The notes under the pieces are model-generated. The model was given only the letters and a program-made list of their open reading frames with translations. It was not told where the DNA came from and made no database searches. A DNA stretch of 64,000 nucleotides from assembly GCA_049696855.1 (NCBI GenBank), contig JBAVUQ010000023.1:15728-79727 (forward strand), read 5' to 3'. Shown in pieces: positions 9,178 through 17,106 of the stretch. This DNA is from Candidatus Aminicenantales bacterium. Lineage in GTDB: Bacteria > Acidobacteriota > Aminicenantia > Aminicenantales > Saccharicenantaceae. Numbering within the stretch: the first letter of the stretch is position 1; each line of letters begins with the position of its first letter. Both the position numbers and the translations under genes were made by a program.

Positions 9178-10647
9178 ATGAACGGAGCGGGACCCCCCAT
9201 CTACGATGTCGTCGTTATCGGCGGCGGCGTGGTCGGCTGCGCCGCGCTCAGGGAGCTCTCGCGCTATGACCTGAAGGTCCTGCTCCTCGAGAAGGAAGCG
9301 GACCTGGCCGAGGGTATCAGCAAGGGCAACAGCGGGGTCATCCACGCCGGATTCAACGTCCCGTCGGGCTCGCTCAAGGCCAAGACGAACGTCGCCGGCC
9401 TGGCCCTCATCTATCCTCTCGCCGCCGAGCTCGGCGTTCCCCATCGGAAGACCGGCAAGCTCGTCGTCGCCCTGTCCGATGAGGACAGGCCCCGGCTCGA
9501 GGAGCTCAAAGCCGAGGGGGACCGGAGCGGTGTCCCTGACCTCGAGATCGTCGGCGGAGCCGCCATCCGCCGTCTTGAGCCCCTGGCCAGGGGCCGCTGG
9601 GCCCTGTATTCACCCCATACGGGCATCATCTCGCCCTATGAGCTGACCATCGCTTTGGCCGAATGCGCCTGGCAGAACGGCGCGGAGGTGCGGCTCGAGA
9701 CGCCGGTCGAGGCGGTCGAGTCCGGCGACGGCCTGTTCCGATTGGCGACGCCGAAGGGGACCATCGCGGCCCGCGCCGTCGTCAACAGCGCCGGCCTTTT
9801 TGCCGACGAAGTGGCCCGCCTCGCCGGGATCGAGGACTACCGGATCTTTCCGTACCGCGGCGAATACCTCATCGCCGACAAGGATTGCGGACTCCGCATC
9901 GGCATGCCCGTCTATCCCGTTCCGCCGAAGGACGATCCCGGCCTGGGGATCCACATCACCCCGACCATCGAAGGAAACATCATCCTCGGGCCGAGCGCCG
10001 AGCCGGTCGAGGACAAGCGCGAGGCCGCCTCGACCCGCGAGGTCATGTCGCGTCTCAAGGCCGAGGCCGGGCGTCTCATGCCCGAGCTCGGCGGCGTCCC
10101 CTTCATCCACAGCTATGCCGGGATCCGGCCCAAGCTCGTCGATCCTTCGGGCCGGGACAGGTTCCGGGATTTCGTCGTCGAGGAAAGCCGGCTGCGTCCG
10201 GGCTGGATCAATCTTGTCGGCATCGAATCGCCCGGCCTGACCGCGGCCCCGGCCATCGCCAAGATGGTGGCCGCGATGATCGGCGCCCGCCTGGCCCTGC
10301 GCGAAAAGCCCGGCTTCACGGCCGAGCGGCCCCGCCGGGTCCGGTTCGCCCACGCCGAGGATGCCGAGCGCGCGGCGCGGGTAGCCCGGGACCCTGATTG
10401 GGGCGAAATGGTCTGCCGCTGCGAGCATGTCACCCGAGCCGAGGTCGTCGCCGCGCTCCGGAATCCCTTCGGGGGCCGGACCATGGACGCCGTCAAGCGG
10501 CGGACGCGCTGCGGCATGGGCCGCTGCCAGGGCGGCTTCTGCACGCCGCGGATCGTCGAGATCCTCCAGGACGAGGGGGTTCCGATCGACGGGATCACCA
10601 AGCGGGGCGGCGGGTCCCGCCTCTTCTACGGGCGGATCAAGGACTGA
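9178..10647 (+). CDS. FAD-dependent oxidoreductase with C-terminal BFD-like [2Fe-2S] domain (GlpA-like glycerol-3-phosphate dehydrogenase family)
   Basis: N-terminal Rossmann YDVVVIGGGVVGCAALREL. C-terminal CRCEHVTRAEV...RCGMGRCQGGFC BFD-like domain. Confidence 0.75.
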   Translation: MNGAGPPIYDVVVIGGGVVGCAALRELSRYDLKVLLLEKEADLAEGISKGNSGVIHAGFNVPSGSLKAKTNVAGLALIYPLAAELGVPHRKTGKLVVALSDEDRPRLEELKAEGDRSGVPDLEIVGGAAIRRLEPLARGRWALYSPHTGIISPYELTIALAECAWQNGAEVRLETPVEAVESGDGLFRLATPKGTIAARAVVNSAGLFADEVARLAGIEDYRIFPYRGEYLIADKDCGLRIGMPVYPVPPKDDPGLGIHITPTIEGNIILGPSAEPVEDKREAASTREVMSRLKAEAGRLMPELGGVPFIHSYAGIRPKLVDPSGRDRFRDFVVEESRLRPGWINLVGIESPGLTAAPAIAKMVAAMIGARLALREKPGFTAERPRRVRFAHAEDAERAARVARDPDWGEMVCRCEHVTRAEVVAALRNPFGGRTMDAVKRRTRCGMGRCQGGFCTPRIVEILQDEGVPIDGITKRGGGSRLFYGRIKD

Positions 10648-10650
10648 GCC

Positions 10651-11895
10651 ATGACCGGGCCGAGAGAAACCTGCGACGTCGCCGTCATCGGCGGTGGCCC
10701 CGCCGGCTTGGCCGCGGCCCTCGGGGCCCGGCGCGCCGGGGCGGGGAGAGTCCTCCTCCTCGAGCGGGACAGGACGCTCGGCGGCATCCTCAACCAGTGC
10801 GTCCACGACGGCTTCGGGCTCTTCCTTTATAAAGAGTCGATCAGCGGGCCGGAGTATGCCGAGCGGCTCACGGAGGATGTTCTGCGCGAGCCGATCGGGG
10901 TTGAGACCGGCGCCATGGTCCTCGACCTGACTCCGGACCGCCTCCTCCGGGTCAACTCGCGGCAGGGATACAGGCTCGTCGAGGCCCGGGCGGTCGTCCT
11001 GGCCATGGGCTGCCGCGAGCGGACGCGCGAGATGATCGAGATCCCCGGAACGCGTCCGGCCGGGATCTTCACCGCCGGCTCGGCCCAGAACCTGGTCAAC
11101 CTCCAGAACCTCCGCATCGGGAACGAGGCCGTCATCCTCGGCTCGGGCGACATCGGCCTGATCATGGCCCGGCGCCTCGTCTTCGAGGGCACCGCGGTCA
11201 AGGGCGTCTTCGAGATCCTGCCCTGGGCGAGCGGCCTCGAGCGCAACGTCCGGCAGTGCTTGATGGATTATGGAATCCCGCTGGTGCTCGGTTCGACGGT
11301 GGTCGAGATCCGCGGCCGCGATCGCGTCGAGAGCGTCGTCGTGGCCAAAGTCGACGACAAGCTCGTCCCCGTCCCCGGGACCGAGACCGTCATCCCCTGC
11401 GATACCCTTCTCCTCTCGGTCGGGCTCATTCCCGAGAACGAGCTGGCGAAAAAGGCCGGGGTGGCGCTCTCTCCTCTCACGGGCGGAGCGGTCGTCGACG
11501 AAACGCTCATGACCTCGGTCCCCGGCATCTTCTCCTGCGGCAACGTCCTCCACATCCACGATGTCGCCGATTGGGCCTCCTTCGAGGGCTTCGCGGCCGG
11601 CGAGCGCGCGGCCCGCTTCGCGGCGGGGGAGAGACCGGCCGGAGCCGCGATCAGGGTCTCGGCCGGCCCGAACATCCGCTATGCCCTGCCGCAGCTCCTG
11701 ACGCGCGGCAAGGCCGGCGTCGAGTGGAGTTTCCGCGTCAGGCATCCTATCCGGGATATCTCGGTCGAGGTCAAAGGCCTCGCGTCGGGCCAGGTCTACG
11801 CGCGAAGAAAATTCGCCCGGCTTCTTCCCTCCGAGCTCCAGAAGATCAAGGTTCGGGCGGCTGTCGAAGAGGACCTCGAGGTGGGCTGCCGATGA
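10651..11895 (+). CDS. NAD(P)/FAD-dependent pyridine nucleotide-disulfide-type oxidoreductase (NADH-oxidase-like partner subunit)
   Basis: CDVAVIGGGPAGLAAAL dinucleotide-binding motif. Second Rossmann AVILGSGDIGLIMA. 4-nt spacing to the upstream gene. Confidence 0.7.
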   Translation: MTGPRETCDVAVIGGGPAGLAAALGARRAGAGRVLLLERDRTLGGILNQCVHDGFGLFLYKESISGPEYAERLTEDVLREPIGVETGAMVLDLTPDRLLRVNSRQGYRLVEARAVVLAMGCRERTREMIEIPGTRPAGIFTAGSAQNLVNLQNLRIGNEAVILGSGDIGLIMARRLVFEGTAVKGVFEILPWASGLERNVRQCLMDYGIPLVLGSTVVEIRGRDRVESVVVAKVDDKLVPVPGTETVIPCDTLLLSVGLIPENELAKKAGVALSPLTGGAVVDETLMTSVPGIFSCGNVLHIHDVADWASFEGFAAGERAARFAAGERPAGAAIRVSAGPNIRYALPQLLTRGKAGVEWSFRVRHPIRDISVEVKGLASGQVYARRKFARLLPSELQKIKVRAAVEEDLEVGCR

Positions 11896-12263
11896 GCGAA
11901 CCCGCCGTCGTCGACCGCCTGACCTGCGTCCTCTGTCCCATCGGCTGCGAGCTCGAGGTCGAGACGGGCCCGGACGCCTGCTTCCAAGTTACTGGAAATC
12001 AATGCGATAGAGGCATTCCTTTCGCCGAGGAGGAGGTCCTGAGGCCGAAGCGGAACCTGGCCACCTCGGTCCCCGTCCGGGGCACGGCGTCGCGGATGGT
12101 CTCGGTCCGGTTGAGCGGGACGGTGCCGCGGGAGATGATCTTCCCCATCCTGGCCGAGATCGCCAAGCTCCGTCCCGACGCGCCCCTCCGGCGCGGCCAG
12201 GTCCTCATCGCCGACGTCCTCGGCACGGGCGTCGACGTCGTCGCCACCCGCACCGTCCTTTAG
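11892..12263 (+). CDS. DUF1667-family small Cys protein (third subunit of the GlpA-like cluster)
   Basis: ATG 11892 overlaps the upstream stop (ATGA). CVLCPIGCELEV motif. ~123 aa. The ORF-track extension back to 11256 was rejected. Confidence 0.65.
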   Translation: MSEPAVVDRLTCVLCPIGCELEVETGPDACFQVTGNQCDRGIPFAEEEVLRPKRNLATSVPVRGTASRMVSVRLSGTVPREMIFPILAEIAKLRPDAPLRRGQVLIADVLGTGVDVVATRTVL

Positions 12264-12316
12264 GGACTGTCGTTCGGGGACAGTTCGGGGACTGTTCCCG
12301 AAGGGGACTGTCCCTC
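12263..12316. repeat. REP-like palindromic repeat cluster (GGGGAC[T/A]GTCCCC units), left flank of RAYT
   Basis: Three to four tandem self-complementary units (gggactgtc..ggggacagt..ggggactgttccc..ggggactgtccc) start at the stop codon of the upstream gene. Confidence 0.7.
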
Positions 12317-12410
12317 TTTTCTGCAAATGGGACTGACCCTCTTGATTAGTGAGAATCTACTTCCGGTTCAGTTCGTCCTTATATACGCATCCTAATCCGG
12401 TTGGACGAAT

Positions 12411-12995
12411 ATGCCTCGGACTGCCCGCGAGCTTCTTGACGATGGGTACTTTCATATCTATAACAGGGGGAATGATAGACAGGGAGTCTTTCATTCACGC
12501 CTTGATTATCTCGTCTTTATCGGCTTGATGCGGGAGGCTAAAAGCCGCTTCCCACTTTCCCTTCTAGGCTTCTGTCTGATGCCCAATCACTTCCATTTCA
12601 TCATCCATGCTAAGTGCGCCGACAATATCCGGGCTTTTGTTCATTGGACCATGACCTGCTACACCCGCCACTACCAAACAAGCTATGAAACTAGCGGGCA
12701 TCTGTGGCAAGGCCGCTTCAAGAGTCTGCCAATCGACCGAGAGGAATATCTGATCATCGCGTTCCGTTATGTCGAGGGCAATCCTAAGCGGGCCGGGCTG
12801 GTCGATTCGAATAGGGAGTGGGAATGGACGAGCCTCGCCAGCCATTGCGCGAGAGATTATGCCGGATTGACAGACCCGCCGCCCTTCTATCTGGCAGATG
12901 GATGGCCGGAACTCGTCGACGCGCCGTTGACAGAGAAGGAATTCGAGGCCATAGAAAAGAAAGAGGGACAGTCCCCTTCGGGGACAGTCCCCTAA
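12411..12995 (+). mobile_element. REP-associated tyrosine transposase (RAYT, IS200/IS605 TnpA-like Y1 HUH)
   Basis: HUH motif HFHFIIH. N-terminal YHIYNRGNDRQ. Catalytic Tyr region RHYQTSYETSGHLWQGRF. GC (~50%) is lower than its surroundings. The last ~12 codons are read out of the downstream REP hairpins, so the true stop may be earlier. Confidence 0.75.
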
Positions 12996-13040
12996 ACACA
13001 TCCATTAAGAGGGACAGTCCCCATTCGGGGACAGCCCCTC
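12963..13040. repeat. REP-like palindromic repeat cluster, right flank of RAYT
   Basis: gagggacagtccccttcggggacagtcccc appears twice (12963-12992 and 13009-13040). Same unit as the left flank. Overlaps the stop of the minus-strand Maf-RlmD gene. Confidence 0.7.
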
Positions 13041-14985
13041 ATTTTTCGAGAATGGCCAGCGTCTCGAGGTGCGGCGTGTGAGGGAAGAAGTCGAAGGGGG
13101 ACAGGGACGCGATCTTGTAGCCCGCGTCGAGGAATCCGCCGAGGTCACGGCCAAGCGACCTGGGGTTGCAGGACACATAGGCGACGGCCGGCGCGCCGAG
13201 GGCGATCGTCCGGCTCAGAGCTTTGCCCGTCAGGCCGACGCGCGGCGGGTCGACGATGACGAGATCGACCGGCTCACGGAGCGGCTCGGCGAGAAGGGCT
13301 TCGACCGTCCCCGGCATGAAATCGACGTTGTCGATCCGGTTGACCAGGGCGTTCTCCACGGCGTTGGCGATATTGGCCGCCGACGAGTCGATGCCCGTCA
13401 CCCTCCCCGCCGCCACGGCGAGCGAGAGCTCGATCGCCCCGCTGCCACAATAAAGCCCCAGGACGCGGCTCGCCTTCGTGACAGGCGCTTCTTCGCCGAT
13501 CCGTTCGTAGAGGAGTTCCGCGCCGGCTGTGTTCGTCTGAAAGAAGCTCGGGGGATAGATGCGGAAGGCGAGCCGGGCCAGCCTCTCCTCGATGAACGGG
13601 ACGCCGGCGACGAGGCGCATCTTCTCGAACTCGACGAGGTCGGTGCCGCGGCCGTTGGTGACGTGGACGAAGCTCCGGAGCCCGGGCTCGGCGGCGGCCA
13701 GCCGTCCGGCGAGCGGCGCCAGATCGAGCTCCGGCAGCTCGGCCGTCACGAGAAGGACCATGACCTCGCCCGTGCGCTTCCCCTCCCGGAGAACGAGATG
13801 GCGAAGGTGGCCCTTCCGGGTGGCCGGCTCGAAACCCTCGAGCCCGCTCCCGCGGGCGAAATCGAGGAAGACCGGGAAGATGCGCTCGACGGACGGGCCG
13901 AAGATCGGGCATTCCCCGATCGGCAGCGTCCGGCGGTAGGTCTGACGGCTCGTCGTGACCCTTTCCCTGAGACCGAGGGCGAGCTCCCCGAACTTCTCGC
14001 CGAAGGCGAATTCCATCTTGTTCCGGAAGCCGTAGAGATCCGGCGAGGCGGTGACAGGCTTGACGGCGGCCGCCGCGTCCGGAAGCCCCGCTTCCTCGAG
14101 GGTCCTCCTCAGATGCCTTTCCTTGAGCTCGAGCTGGGTCCCGTAATCGACGTGCTGGAAAAGGCAGCCGCCGCAGGCCCCGAAATGAGGGCAACGCGGT
14201 TCCGCCCGCCGCGGGGACAGGCGTTCGACCCGGACGACCTCGGCGATCCGGGCCGCCCCGCGCTCGGCGACGATCTGGACACAGAGAACCTCGCCCGTGA
14301 CCGCCCCCGCGACAAGGAGCTTGCGGCCGCCGGCTTCGGCCTTGCCGTCGCTCCCCGGGAAATCGATGTCTTCGATCGCGACGGAGAGCGACGGCGCGAC
14401 GAAGCGCCGCAGGAGCCGGCGGACCTTCTCCACCGGAAAGCCGACGACGTTGTCATAATCGCCCTTCATCCGGGCGACGAAGGCGTCGCCGATCTCCTGG
14501 ACGGCGTAAGCGCCGGCCTTGTCGAGGAAGGTCCCCTGGTCGAGGTAGCCCTCGATCATCTCGTCCGGGAGCTTCCGGAAGGTGACGTAGGTCAGGTCGT
14601 AGCCGGTGAGAAGGCGGTCCTCGGCTTTCGTGTAGAACGCGAGGCCCGTGATGACCCGGTGCCTGCGGCCGGAGAGCGCCCGCAGCATGGCCCGGGCCTC
14701 TTCCCGATCCGCGGGCTTGCCCAGGATCCGGAGCCCGAGGGCGACCACCGTGTCGGCGCCGATGACGACGGCCTCGGGGAATGTCCCGGCCGCCGTCTTG
14801 GCCTTCAGCACGGCCGCGGCGATGGCGAACGCGAGCGGGTCCTTTTCGGAAATGGCGGATTCGTCGACATCCGTCGGGACCACGCGGAAGTCCGGCCCGA
14901 TCCGGGCCATGAGCTCCCGGCGGCGGGGCGAGGCCGAGGCGAGGACGATCCCTCCGGTCCTTGTCTCTGCCATGGGCTCAGGCAA
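13039..14985 (-). CDS. fusion protein: N-terminal Maf nucleoside-triphosphate pyrophosphatase + C-terminal 23S rRNA (uracil-C5)-methyltransferase RlmD/RumA (TRAM + Fe-S + MTase)
   Basis: Single 648-aa ORF. Residues 1-195 are Maf-like (IVLASASPRRRELM...GYDLTYVTF...AGAYAVQE). The remainder has TRAM, 4-Cys CPHFGACGGC, SAM-MTase GLYCGSGAIE, and DPPRVG. Confidence 0.75.
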   Translation of the reverse strand: MPEPMAETRTGGIVLASASPRRRELMARIGPDFRVVPTDVDESAISEKDPLAFAIAAAVLKAKTAAGTFPEAVVIGADTVVALGLRILGKPADREEARAMLRALSGRRHRVITGLAFYTKAEDRLLTGYDLTYVTFRKLPDEMIEGYLDQGTFLDKAGAYAVQEIGDAFVARMKGDYDNVVGFPVEKVRRLLRRFVAPSLSVAIEDIDFPGSDGKAEAGGRKLLVAGAVTGEVLCVQIVAERGAARIAEVVRVERLSPRRAEPRCPHFGACGGCLFQHVDYGTQLELKERHLRRTLEEAGLPDAAAAVKPVTASPDLYGFRNKMEFAFGEKFGELALGLRERVTTSRQTYRRTLPIGECPIFGPSVERIFPVFLDFARGSGLEGFEPATRKGHLRHLVLREGKRTGEVMVLLVTAELPELDLAPLAGRLAAAEPGLRSFVHVTNGRGTDLVEFEKMRLVAGVPFIEERLARLAFRIYPPSFFQTNTAGAELLYERIGEEAPVTKASRVLGLYCGSGAIELSLAVAAGRVTGIDSSAANIANAVENALVNRIDNVDFMPGTVEALLAEPLREPVDLVIVDPPRVGLTGKALSRTIALGAPAVAYVSCNPRSLGRDLGGFLDAGYKIASLSPFDFFPHTPHLETLAILEK

Positions 14986-16189
14986 AGAGCCTCGTCCCCC
15001 AATCCACCTTGACGGCGAAGTCCATGCACCGGGCGAACATCTCGTAGTCGAATCCCGGGCAGACGAGGCCCCGCTTGTTCAAGATAGGCGCCGCGTTCGC
15101 GGTCTCGAAGGTCCGCAGGTCCTGCATATAGGGCCGGAAGACCTCGAGGTAGGTGTCGTAAAGGAGCTCCAGGGCATTCTTCGGCCGGCCGGCGAAGTCC
15201 GCCGGTCCGCAGGTCTCGATCCCTTCCAGCCGAAAAAGGCGTTTGCCGAAGGCGACGAGATCCTCGACCCTCGTCTTCTGGGCGTTGGCGATGTGGTAGA
15301 TGCCGCCGTCGAGGCCGTCCTCGAGGATGGCCATGAAGGCGCGGACGCAGTGATCGACCGGGACGAGGTTGATGCCGCCCTCGTTCGCAACCTCGAAGCG
15401 GATGGGCATGACCAGCCCTCCGCTCTCCGTCATCCGGATCCCCAGCTCGGCGGCCTTGCGGCCGCCCTTCTCGCGGATATCGGCGAGATAAATGTCGCGG
15501 AGATAGACGGCCGCCTTGACGGGAAAGTAAAGGGCGTTGAAGCGCAGGGTCCGTCCTGTCCGGGAATCGCCGTAGACGATCGTCGGCCTGTAGACGTTGA
15601 GCCGGATGCCTTCCCGCGCGCAAACGTCGCGGGCCACGATCTCGCCGCGCGCCTTGGTCTCTTCATAGACGTTCGTGAACGGGCCCGCCTCGACCCAGTC
15701 CTCGGGACAGGCGCCGGTCCGGCGGCCGGCGACATAGGCGGTGCTGACGTGATGGAAGAAGGCGCAGCCGCCGCGGACGGCGAAATCGAGGACGTTCCGG
15801 AGCCCGGCGACGTTGGCCGCCTCGACCTCGGCCCGCTTGCGCTCGGCGAAGGACGTGTTCGAAGCGCAATGGACGATCTCATCGATGCCGTCCAGGGCCC
15901 CGGGCCGGCCGGACATCTCCGCGGCCAGGCCCGGGCGGCCGATGTCGCCCTCGACGACCTCGAGCGTCCGGCGGCACTCCTCCTCCAGGCCGAACCAGTC
16001 CATCAGGCGCGCCATCCTTGCCCCTGCGGATAGGCCCTTCGCCGGCCGAACGAGGGCCACGACCGGGAATCCGGCCCTGAGCAAAGCCACGGTGATGTGA
16101 CTGCCGAGGAACCCGGCCCCGCCGGTGAGCAGGATCCGGCTCGAGCGTGCCGCCCTTTTCTCCCGGAGCCTATCCGTCACGATCCTCAT
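14978..16189 (-). CDS. SDR-family NAD-dependent reductase (thioester-reductase/epimerase-like domain)
   Basis: ILLTGGAGFLGSH Rossmann. FHHVSTAYVAG (YxxxK-type active-site region). 403 aa. Confidence 0.6.
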   Translation of the reverse strand: MRIVTDRLREKRAARSSRILLTGGAGFLGSHITVALLRAGFPVVALVRPAKGLSAGARMARLMDWFGLEEECRRTLEVVEGDIGRPGLAAEMSGRPGALDGIDEIVHCASNTSFAERKRAEVEAANVAGLRNVLDFAVRGGCAFFHHVSTAYVAGRRTGACPEDWVEAGPFTNVYEETKARGEIVARDVCAREGIRLNVYRPTIVYGDSRTGRTLRFNALYFPVKAAVYLRDIYLADIREKGGRKAAELGIRMTESGGLVMPIRFEVANEGGINLVPVDHCVRAFMAILEDGLDGGIYHIANAQKTRVEDLVAFGKRLFRLEGIETCGPADFAGRPKNALELLYDTYLEVFRPYMQDLRTFETANAAPILNKRGLVCPGFDYEMFARCMDFAVKVDWGTRLFA

Positions 16190-16980
16190 GCCCCGCCCCC
16201 AGTTTCCGACCCTCGCGGCGATATCGCCGGGCCCTTTCGTCCCGAGTAGATCGTGGCGATCCCCATCGAAAGGGGCCGCGCGGCGATCCCGGTGAACCCG
16301 GCCCGCTCGAGCCGGCCGGCCAGATCTTCGGACGCATCGAAGACGCGGATGGATTCGGCGAGATAGCGGTACGGGGCGTCCGTCCCGGTGATGAGGCGGG
16401 CGGCCGGGAGCATGAGCCTGAAGGAGTAGAACGCATAGAGGGATCTTTGCCAGCGGCGGCGCGGCAGCGAGAATTCGAGGGCGGCCAAATGCCCTCCGGG
16501 CTTGAGGACGCGGGCTATCTCCCGAAGCCCGCAGTCAAGGTCGACGAGATTGCGCAGTCCGAATCCGACCGATACCGCGTCAAATGAACGATCGGGGAAG
16601 GGAAGCGATTCCGCGTCGCCCTGGACGAAGGCGAGGATCTCCCCGTTCCGGACCCGCCCGCTTTTCCTGCGGCCGGCCGCCATCATGGACCGGTTGAAAT
16701 CGCAGACGACCGCCCGCCCCGACGCGCCGAGGCGGCGGACGGCGCGCACGGCCAGATCCGCCGTCCCCCCGCAGACGTCGAGGAGCAGGTCGCCGGGCTC
16801 GAGCCGGAGGCGCCGGACGGCCGCCCGCTTCCAAAGGAAGTGAAGGCCCAGGCTGAGGACGGCGTCGGCCCGGTCGTAGGTCGCGGCGATGGGCGTGAAC
16901 TGGTCGTGGACCAGCCGCTTTTTTTCCCCTGCGCCGACCGTCCTGTAGCCGAAGGGAACCTTTTCCGCCGGAACGTTCAT
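16186..16980 (-). CDS. UbiE/MenG-type class I SAM-dependent methyltransferase (demethylmenaquinone/ubiquinone methylase)
   Basis: Start at the MNVPAEKVPFGYR ATG. UbiE signature blocks (FDRIAATYDRADAVLSLGLH, LDVCGGTADLA, VGFGLRNL). The ORF-track extension to 17052 was rejected. Confidence 0.7.
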   Translation of the reverse strand: MNVPAEKVPFGYRTVGAGEKKRLVHDQFTPIAATYDRADAVLSLGLHFLWKRAAVRRLRLEPGDLLLDVCGGTADLAVRAVRRLGASGRAVVCDFNRSMMAAGRRKSGRVRNGEILAFVQGDAESLPFPDRSFDAVSVGFGLRNLVDLDCGLREIARVLKPGGHLAALEFSLPRRRWQRSLYAFYSFRLMLPAARLITGTDAPYRYLAESIRVFDASEDLAGRLERAGFTGIAARPLSMGIATIYSGRKGPAISPRGSETGGGA

Positions 16981-17106
16981 AGCAATGACATTCTGATGAA
17001 TCCCAATATAGCAGAGGCAAGGGGAAAGACAAAACGCCGGCGGGCCGCACACGGGTCGATATTCCCCGGCGGTTTTTTTATATAATGTCCGGGAGGAGGT
17101 CGGCCC

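Noticed and set aside
9610-11745. 711-aa minus-strand ORF across the GlpA-like cluster
   Set aside because: Antisense high-GC artefact. The sense strand encodes two well-supported flavoproteins.
13069-15012. 647-aa plus-strand ORF antisense to the Maf–RlmD gene
   Set aside because: Arg/Asp/Gly-rich compositional artefact with no motifs. The opposite strand carries clear Maf and RlmD motifs.
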